NCBI GenBank assembly: GCA_964415025.1
Contig: CAYPXF010000001.1
Span: forward strand, 9,390 to 73,389
Reading direction: 5' to 3'
Length of the DNA stretch: 64,000 nt
Source: an uncultured Gammaproteobacteria bacterium
GTDB lineage: Bacteria > Patescibacteriota > Patescibacteriia > UBA10025 > JAHIVO01
Part shown: positions 58,215-64,000 of the stretch, piece by piece
Numbering within the stretch: the first letter of the stretch is position 1
Layout of the letters: each line of letters begins with the position of its first letter
Notes under the pieces: model-generated
What the model was told of the DNA's origin: nothing
Seen by the model: only the letters and a program-made list of their open reading frames with translations
Database searches by the model: none
Position numbers and translations under genes: made by a program

Positions 58215-58241
58215 TTATCCAAACACAAACAATTTGGATAA
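58215..58241. promoter_or_regulatory. 9-bp inverted repeat TTATCCAAA-N9-TTTGGATAA, 60-85 bp upstream of pgk
   Basis: Perfect dyad in the AT-rich pgk upstream region. Confidence 0.3.
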
Positions 58242-58253
58242 TTACTGCTAGTA

Positions 58254-58514
58254 TTAGTCTTTTTTACCCTGTACTTCAGTAATTGTCAGCTCTCTGCCTT
58301 TGCCTGGCTTAATAACAAGTTCTGCTTTTTCTGCGATAGTATTTTTTTTGACCAGATCAAAATTAAATAAGAGATTTTCCGGGGATAATTCTTCATTATG
58401 CGCTACGATTTTCCCCAAACGAACAGTAACAGTATCAACTGTTTTTAAATTATTTTCTTTAGCTGTGTGCAGGACGGCTTTGACAATGTCCTGCGCCGCT
58501 ACGAGGTCATGCAT
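58254..58514 (-). CDS. HypA-like hydrogenase nickel-insertion protein lacking the zinc-finger domain
   Basis: N-terminal MHDLVAAQDIVKAVLHTAKENNLKTVDTVTVRLGKI resembles the HypA N-terminus (MHE...). The protein is only 86 aa and has no cysteine residues. Confidence 0.55.
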   Translation of the reverse strand: MHDLVAAQDIVKAVLHTAKENNLKTVDTVTVRLGKIVAHNEELSPENLLFNFDLVKKNTIAEKAELVIKPGKGRELTITEVQGKKD

Positions 58515-58552
58515 ACTTTGGCTTGTGGCACGTGGCGTATAGCACGATGCCT

Positions 58553-58903
58553 TTAGTTAATCGTCTTTTTAAATGCGTTGAGTTTTTTAATCAGCAGTTC
58601 TGCTTCTTTGTATAGATCAACGAGTAATTTGTCAGCTATAAACTCTCTTTCTTTACAGAACTGTAATAATGAAACAGTCTCGAGCGCCGACTTAATGGCT
58701 ATATCGATAAAGTTTCTGAAATCGCGATTTGTCGTACCGCCGGAACCTTCAGCGATATTATTGGAAATAGAGACTGCAGCTCTTTTCAGCTGCGAAGACA
58801 TCCCAAATAACTCTTCCTTTGGTAAGGTATTAGCAAAATCATATAGTCTGTTACCATAAGCTATAGCTAATTGCCAAATTTCTAATTGCTCAAACCTGAA
58901 CAT
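58553..58903 (-). CDS. Four-helix-bundle protein (the family frequently encoded in 23S rRNA intervening sequences)
   Basis: FEQLEIWQLAIAYGNRLYDFANTLPKEELFGMSSQLKRAAVSISNNIAEG. The start was trimmed to the internal ATG at 58903. Confidence 0.7.
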   Translation of the reverse strand: MFRFEQLEIWQLAIAYGNRLYDFANTLPKEELFGMSSQLKRAAVSISNNIAEGSGGTTNRDFRNFIDIAIKSALETVSLLQFCKEREFIADKLLVDLYKEAELLIKKLNAFKKTIN

Positions 58904-58962
58904 ATGTTTTCTTCTTACTAGTACACGCAATACACTACAAGCTTTATGCCACGAGCTACACG

Positions 58963-60219
58963 CTAGTGAGTAGCACACGTCATGCACGGATCATATGCCC
59001 GGATCATCATGGCCAGCTTGCGCTGGTTAGCCGTACTCATTGTTTTCATCGAGCCCATATACTGCCGCAGGTCATCTTCCAGGTTATTAATAAACTGCGC
59101 GGTCGGGGTAATGATATTAACATTTTTCAATACGCCGTTTTTATCTGTTTCGTAATAATGTAATAAAATACCGCGCGGCGCCTCGATGGCGCCTACACCT
59201 TTACCAGCGCGTACTTTATATTTTTCCATGGGTTTAATGTGTTTTGTTTTAAAATACTGCTGTAATAATTTTTGCGCCTCTTCGACAAAATGGATCATTT
59301 CAATCCCCTGGCAATACACATTATAAAATGAATTGGTAATGGGCAGCTTAATATTAATATGCTTATAAGCCTGCCTGGCAATAGGATTTAATTGCTGGTG
59401 ATTATTATTAATCCGCGACAACGCGCCCACAAAATAAGCCTTGCCCTGATACTCCGTGCGCTTAACATAATCATCATCGCTGTGGATTTCCACGACTTTT
59501 TTCATGAATTGCTTGGGCGTCATGTCCAGCCCCTGGGTAGAGCCAATCCGACCGTCATAAAAGGCGTATTCTTTTGGATTAATCAGTGAAATATATTCAG
59601 TTGTACGGTTAAATTTATTGAATTTTAAATGTGAAATAAAATGCGCCAGCTCGACAGCTCCCTGGAGCGCTTCCTGGCTTTGCTCGTATAGCTCATGCAA
59701 CCGGCGTTTATCCGGCATCTTCAGAAAACCGCCTACCTGCGAATTAACCGGATGCAGGGCCCGGCCGCCGATAATTTCCGTAATCAAATTGCCAAACTTG
59801 CGGATAGTGAGGGCATGAGCAGAATATTCCGGCGCAATATCAAGTAAGTCCAGGGCTGAATCCTTGCCATAGAAATCAGGTATACTCATAAAATACGCGT
59901 GCACCCCGTGGCTGGTCAGCATTTGGCCCAGCATCATGAGTTTGCGCAGAACAACGGTCGGCTGCTGGACCTTTACTTTCATGGCATCTTCTATCGCTTT
60001 GATGGCCGTCAGGTTATGCACCACCGGACACACGCCGCAAATACGCGACGTCACCAGCGGCCCGTCCATATAGTTACGGCCGATCAGCACGCCCTCCATT
60101 AATCGTGCGCCTTCTAACGTTTGGTAGCGCGCCTCGGCCATATTACCGGACTTGAGCGCTCCCCAGAAGGTCGCGTGTCCCTCAATACGTGTAATGTGTT
60201 TTATTTTAACAGTTTTCAT
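58963..60219 (-). CDS. [NiFe]-hydrogenase large subunit, short form, with no C-terminal extension
   Basis: Has RIEGH, the L1 motif RICGVCPVVH, and the L2 motif DPCMTCATH followed directly by the stop codon. 418 aa. Confidence 0.9.
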   Translation of the reverse strand: MKTVKIKHITRIEGHATFWGALKSGNMAEARYQTLEGARLMEGVLIGRNYMDGPLVTSRICGVCPVVHNLTAIKAIEDAMKVKVQQPTVVLRKLMMLGQMLTSHGVHAYFMSIPDFYGKDSALDLLDIAPEYSAHALTIRKFGNLITEIIGGRALHPVNSQVGGFLKMPDKRRLHELYEQSQEALQGAVELAHFISHLKFNKFNRTTEYISLINPKEYAFYDGRIGSTQGLDMTPKQFMKKVVEIHSDDDYVKRTEYQGKAYFVGALSRINNNHQQLNPIARQAYKHINIKLPITNSFYNVYCQGIEMIHFVEEAQKLLQQYFKTKHIKPMEKYKVRAGKGVGAIEAPRGILLHYYETDKNGVLKNVNIITPTAQFINNLEDDLRQYMGSMKTMSTANQRKLAMMIRAYDPCMTCATH

Positions 60220-60274
60220 AAGTAAGTAATCAGTAACTGGTAACTAGTAATAAGTACGTATGCTTTATTTACAA

Positions 60275-61084
60275 TTATTTTTTCTTTTTAACCTCCTGCT
60301 GTCTATACCACTGTTCCTGAATCCCGAATATCTGCAGAATGTGTTCCAGTTGCTTGCGGCTGATGAGTTTTAATAACTGCTTTTCCAGCTGCCTGGTATC
60401 ATAGCCAGGTAAAATACCGCGGCAGCCTTTGCAAAAGAATTTGGAGTTCAGGCAGACCGCGTTGCACCCGCCACGAATGACCGGACCCAGGCACGGCTCG
60501 CCTTTTTGCAAGAGGCATTCGTTGCCATTGAGCTGGCATTCGTAGCATACCGGATTTTCCAGAATTTGCGGCGGGACGCCTTCGCGGATCGCGTTAAGCA
60601 CAGCCACAAAGTCTTCACCGATCGGCGGACAGCCAGGGATGATGAAGTCCACCTTGACGAAACGACTGATCGGCCTGATATTAGGATTAAAAACTTTTTG
60701 GTATGTCTTGGGAAACTGATACCGCACCGCCTTTTCTTTATCCATGTAATTTTTAATATTGGGGATAACGCCGAAATGCGCGCAGGCGCCGATGCCGATC
60801 AAGTAATCAGCCCGCTGACGTATTGCTTTCAGAGACTTGATATTCGCCTTAGTCAGCGGCGCGCCCTCGATAATAGCCACGTCATAGTGCGCGTCTTTTT
60901 TCTTTTCCTCCATGATGATAAAAAAATCTCCCAGCTCAAAATGGTCGATCGAGGCGATAAACTCCTTGCCCATGTCCAAAATAGACACCGAACAACCGTC
61001 GCAGGAAGTTAGTCCAACAATAGCGACTTTGAGTTTTTTCTTGCTACTTTTCTTCGACATTTTTATATTACTATTTCTACTCAT
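60275..61084 (-). CDS. [NiFe]-hydrogenase small subunit
   Basis: LTSCDGCSVS, GACAHFG and IIPGCPP are the Fe-S ligands and the GCPP motif. 269 aa with a K-rich N-terminus. Confidence 0.8.
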   Translation of the reverse strand: MSRNSNIKMSKKSSKKKLKVAIVGLTSCDGCSVSILDMGKEFIASIDHFELGDFFIIMEEKKKDAHYDVAIIEGAPLTKANIKSLKAIRQRADYLIGIGACAHFGVIPNIKNYMDKEKAVRYQFPKTYQKVFNPNIRPISRFVKVDFIIPGCPPIGEDFVAVLNAIREGVPPQILENPVCYECQLNGNECLLQKGEPCLGPVIRGGCNAVCLNSKFFCKGCRGILPGYDTRQLEKQLLKLISRKQLEHILQIFGIQEQWYRQQEVKKKK

Positions 61085-61616
61085 TTATAATATTTGTTAT
61101 ATGAGTGTTAATTCCACTGTCAGCAGCCAACTGCGTAAAATCATTAATCTCTTTAATTATCGAACCGCCAATATTTCTTACCTCTTCAATTGATTTAGCT
61201 TTTTTTGTATCAGCGTGCATATATAAATTTCTATAACGATGATACATGCTTCCAATAATTATTATGTGATCAAGCAGCTCTTTTTTTGTTTTTAAATCAA
61301 TATTCCTCTTGTAATCTTTTGAAGTCTGTTCAGAATTAGAAATCATATCAATATATTCAGAAAATGCTTCCTTGTTCTTACCTTCATTATCATATAGGTA
61401 TCTCCCTAAATGTTTTGGCTTTATTTCTGGGATAAAAGGAATATAGCCTACTGATTGCAAAATATCAAACAAATATTTTTCAAAAGCTTTACATATTGGT
61501 TGAAGGTATAATGAAAAATCGTGAAGATTAATCCTTTTAATACAATCATTATCAAGTAATAGTAGAAAGTCATAAACCCAATCCACAAAGTCATCATATT
61601 CTATAAGGTATTTCAA
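61077..61616 (-). CDS. Hypothetical protein encoded by an AT-rich insert in the hydrogenase operon. It contains an Rx4H motif (possible HEPN-like).
   Basis: 179 aa. The gene is about 33% GC, against about 50% for its flanks. It has MYHRYRNLYMHAD in its C-terminal third. Confidence 0.4.
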   Translation of the reverse strand: MKYLIEYDDFVDWVYDFLLLLDNDCIKRINLHDFSLYLQPICKAFEKYLFDILQSVGYIPFIPEIKPKHLGRYLYDNEGKNKEAFSEYIDMISNSEQTSKDYKRNIDLKTKKELLDHIIIIGSMYHRYRNLYMHADTKKAKSIEEVRNIGGSIIKEINDFTQLAADSGINTHITNIINE

Positions 61617-61701
61617 GACTTTTGTATCAAAATGCTTCGAAAGTAAAGAATACCTAGGATCAGATTCAATTTTATGGCCTAAAGCAATATCTTCTAATCT
61701 T

Positions 61702-61917
61702 TTATCCCTTACTATAAGAATTAAAAAGTTTTAATCGTTCTGTTGCTTCTTTTTTATCTAGTTTGTAGACCGCGAAATTATTTTCATTCATCACATAGTC
61801 CCCTACCTTTACTTCCGGAACCAGTCGCGTATCGAGCGTGTGCGTGTCCTCACCGCAGGCAACGGTGGCCTGCGTACCTTTGAGTTTTATTATTTTGTGG
61901 GGGATGGTGAGACACAT
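61702..61917 (-). CDS. hypC: Hydrogenase maturation factor HypC/HupF
   Basis: Starts MCLTIP (conserved N-terminal Cys2), and is 71 aa. Confidence 0.8.
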   Translation of the reverse strand: MCLTIPHKIIKLKGTQATVACGEDTHTLDTRLVPEVKVGDYVMNENNFAVYKLDKKEATERLKLFNSYSKG

Positions 61918-62028
61918 AGCTACTACCGTTTTAGTTAATGGGTTTAGTTTTCGCTGCGCGTATCGTTAAAGGGTTTCGTATAACGTTTGACGAAAACGAT
62001 ACGGGCCACGACAACGCAAACAAAAACT

Positions 62029-62838
62029 CTAACTACTAAACATCACTCCCTCTCTGGACATTTTAATCTTTTGTAAATCATCTTCCCGCCACAGCCGGTG
62101 GAAATCAACGTCTTTCTTTGTTTCATCGATTATCTGGCCAGTCATGTCCACATTAAAAAAAGTTTCCTTGGCATAGTCGATAGTCGCTACCTTATCACCC
62201 AGCACTTGCTTGATCGTCCGTTGCATAAATGCCTTCTGGTCCTGCTGCTGCTGGAGCTGTCGGGCTAGGAGCTGTAATGGTTTTGTGTCAGCACTGGCTA
62301 TAATAACACCGAAATGATGAAATACTGTTTGTCCAAGCCGAACCTGTACTGCTCCTGGCACTAGTACGTGGGAAAATGTAACCGTTTGGTTACAAACTAT
62401 TACCTCTACTTCAGCTAATTGGCGCTGGTCAATAGAGCGCAGTGATTTGATAGTACCGATGGTCAGCACGTGGGCCAGGGCATAAGACGGCCCGAACAGC
62501 AGATGTGACTGATTTTCCTCGACCGCATCCACGTGATCCAGGGCAAAGCATTCTAACATATTAACCGCACTGATGCGTGTCAATCCACGTTCGGCGGCAT
62601 AAGCGGCGATAGATGAGGGAAAAGCCGTAATAATATGGGAGGAAATATCAAGTAATAATACCGGCTGGCCGGTCAAAAACTTCGCCAGATTGACGTCTGC
62701 CTTGCAGCCAGGATGGAGAAATAAATGCACCAGTATCTCCACCGCGCCCGGCTCCAGAATAATATTCTCGAAATTATCAAACGACAGCCGCCGGGCTTGT
62801 TCGAGATTTTTTAATATTGCTTGGGTATGAGAATTCAT
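62029..62838 (-). CDS. Hypothetical protein co-located with hypC. The size and layout are reminiscent of DUF4213+DUF364 putative metal-chelation proteins, which is very tentative.
   Basis: 269 aa with no hard motif. An ArsR-type operator palindrome lies 13 bp upstream of its start. Confidence 0.35.
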   Translation of the reverse strand: MNSHTQAILKNLEQARRLSFDNFENIILEPGAVEILVHLFLHPGCKADVNLAKFLTGQPVLLLDISSHIITAFPSSIAAYAAERGLTRISAVNMLECFALDHVDAVEENQSHLLFGPSYALAHVLTIGTIKSLRSIDQRQLAEVEVIVCNQTVTFSHVLVPGAVQVRLGQTVFHHFGVIIASADTKPLQLLARQLQQQQDQKAFMQRTIKQVLGDKVATIDYAKETFFNVDMTGQIIDETKKDVDFHRLWREDDLQKIKMSREGVMFSS

Positions 62839-62850
62839 TTTTTACAATTA

Positions 62851-62868
62851 AACATTTTTGGAAATGTT
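62851..62868. promoter_or_regulatory. AACATTTTTGGAAATGTT inverted repeat, a candidate ArsR2 operator upstream of the 269-aa gene
   Basis: It has the same half-sites (AACATT / AATGTT, N6 spacer) as the 38.4-kb palindromes. A second copy lies at 63171-63188. Confidence 0.5.
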
Positions 62869-62871
62869 TTA

Positions 62872-63156
62872 TTATTTGCTACTGGTAATTTGTTTAAACA
62901 CTCCTGATGATCGAAACTCTTTAGATAATGTATAAAATGTATTTTTTCCCTTACGTACTTTTTGAATAATTCCTTCCCGCTCCATTTTACTTAGGTGAAA
63001 TGATGTTGCCGGAAAAGAAAGAGATAATTGTTCGCTTAACTTGCCAGCACTTGTTGAGCCTTTTGCTAACAGCTTAATTATTTTCATTCTACGTTCATTA
63101 CCCAAAACACGAAATACTCGTGATAGTTTAGTTGTAGAGAATGTATGCCTGGGCAT
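62872..63156 (-). CDS. ArsR/SmtB-family transcriptional regulator (paralog of the 38.4-kb arsR)
   Basis: LGNERRMKIIKLLAKGSTSAGKLSEQLSLSFPATSFHLSKMEREGIIQKVRKGKNTFYTL. About 50% identical by eye to the other ArsR. Confidence 0.8.
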   Translation of the reverse strand: MPRHTFSTTKLSRVFRVLGNERRMKIIKLLAKGSTSAGKLSEQLSLSFPATSFHLSKMEREGIIQKVRKGKNTFYTLSKEFRSSGVFKQITSSK

Positions 63157-63167
63157 GGTTATATCAA

Positions 63168-63974
63168 TTAAACATTTTTGGAAATGTTTAATATTAATTC
63201 ATTCTTAAATGATTTTATACGCTGTATGCCAATAATCAATCCTATTCCAATTAGCATCAAGACAACTCCACCGACCTGTATTAACGACCAACCTACACCC
63301 TGATTCGCAATAATTGTAATCAAACCTGTAATCGGCGCACCGAGCGCTAATATGGCCGTGGCTACTGACGCACGCACATGTTTTAGGCCATGGTAAAATG
63401 TAAATACATAGCCGAACAAAAACAACGAAGTAATAATAATCCATTTCCACTGCTCGGGATTATACGCAAAAACCGCGCCTATCTGTCTCGTGCTCAATAA
63501 ATAGAAGGAAATAAATACTGCGCCAAAAAACATTCGTCCCCAGGCTACCAGACGGGCAGATAGTTGCGCCAAAGCTTTTTTTGATATAATAATTTCTGCC
63601 GCCCAAAACAGCGTGGCTAAGAAAACCAAACCATCGCCCCAGCCAATACCGCTCGGTCTGATGCCGAGAAATAATATGTTACCGATTAATAACGCTCCCA
63701 GGCCGAATAGCAAACTTTTATTCAGTTTCTCTTTCAGAAAAATAATTGCCAAGAAACCGACGTATATGAACATCGTCTTATGGATAAACGAACCCTGAGC
63801 CGGAATAGTCATGGACAATCCTTTGAAAAAGAGAAGGAATGGTATAGCGCCGCCAACCAGGCCGATAGTTATCAGCTGATACCATTGTTTCCGTGTCAAC
63901 TGTTTAATCTGCGGCCATTCTTTCAAAAGTAGAATAACGGAAAAGAATAAAACACCGACGAGCAGATTTTTCAT
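63168..63974 (-). CDS. EamA/DMT-family transporter (10-TM permease)
   Basis: 268 aa with 10 predicted helices and the duplicated EamA-like half architecture. Confidence 0.65.
   Translation of the reverse strand: MKNLLVGVLFFSVILLLKEWPQIKQLTRKQWYQLITIGLVGGAIPFLLFFKGLSMTIPAQGSFIHKTMFIYVGFLAIIFLKEKLNKSLLFGLGALLIGNILFLGIRPSGIGWGDGLVFLATLFWAAEIIISKKALAQLSARLVAWGRMFFGAVFISFYLLSTRQIGAVFAYNPEQWKWIIITSLFLFGYVFTFYHGLKHVRASVATAILALGAPITGLITIIANQGVGWSLIQVGGVVLMLIGIGLIIGIQRIKSFKNELILNISKNV
63171..63188. promoter_or_regulatory. Second copy of AACATTTTTGGAAATGTT, upstream of arsR2 (autoregulatory operator candidate)
   Basis: The block caattaaacatttttggaaatgttt is duplicated at 62845-62875 and 63165-63195. 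Confidence 0.5.
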
Positions 63975-64000
63975 GCCGGTAAATACCGCCGGGTTGCTGA

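Noticed and set aside
648-63798. Numerous 60-170-aa ORFs on the strand opposite to, or overlapping, confident genes (e.g. 648..854, 1228..1410, 8085..8297, 16377..16658, 21264..21647, 41803..42348, 45232..45708, 49148..49636, 57260..57637, 60506..61012)
   Set aside because: They are fully embedded in longer conserved genes, often mirror repeat structure, and lack motifs, so they are shadow ORFs.
1-64000. CRISPR arrays, rRNA genes, integrase or transposase genes
   Set aside because: None seen. The only tandem repeat (16031-16367) is coding with a 153-bp period, and there are no short regularly spaced direct repeats with unique spacers.

Overview
This 64-kb window reads like a piece of a small, anaerobic, fermentative bacterial genome, possibly of Patescibacteria/CPR type. 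That placement is inferred from gene content only and was not tested. All calls below were made by eye from the sequence and the ORF track, with no searches run.

The window contains two cell-envelope polysaccharide loci. The first, at 1-15.5 kb, is markedly AT-rich and carries a Wzx-like flippase, UDP-GlcNAc 2-epimerase, GT1/GT2 glycosyltransferases, a giant polytopic membrane protein, two sugar-nucleotide epimerase/dehydratase genes, a nucleotide-sugar dehydrogenase and two GtrA/DUF2304+GT2 modules. The second, at 27.4-35.1 kb, starts with a polyprenyl glycosylphosphotransferase and carries four GT1 genes, a Wzz-like protein and a DUF4012-like protein.

Other protein-coding genes include a secreted subtilase with FG-GAP repeats next to a probably inactive HtrA-like protein, lepA and murJ. 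Further along are a glycerophosphodiester phosphodiesterase, an alpha/beta hydrolase, RNase HI, recJ, a Prs-like / ATP-grasp / MazG-like trio and a Dus. A carbohydrate and central-metabolism block follows: SemiSWEET + GH1 beta-glucosidase, a PfkB kinase, a two-gene 2-oxoacid:ferredoxin oxidoreductase, ackA + pduL, tandem iPGM paralogs, eno and pgk. The window ends with a minimal [NiFe]-hydrogenase module (hypA-like, four-helix-bundle protein, large and small subunits, hypC) and a second ArsR regulator.

The main non-ORF features:
- A ~625-nt RNase P RNA gene (rnpB) on the minus strand at 35087-35713, recognised by its P4, P10-P12 and P13 motifs and by P4 covariation.
- Four AACATT-N6-AATGTT operator palindromes paired with the two ArsR paralogs.
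- A duplicated lepA 5' fragment carrying small palindromic inserts.
- A tRNA-like 3' end (T-arm + ACCA) that may mark a tmRNA gene.
- A 137-nt, 6S-like long hairpin in a 940-bp ORF desert.
- A perfectly identical 153-bp tandem repeat inside the protease gene.
- An AT-rich gene with an Rx4H (HEPN-like) motif inserted in the hydrogenase operon.

No CRISPR array, rRNA or clear canonical tRNA was found.
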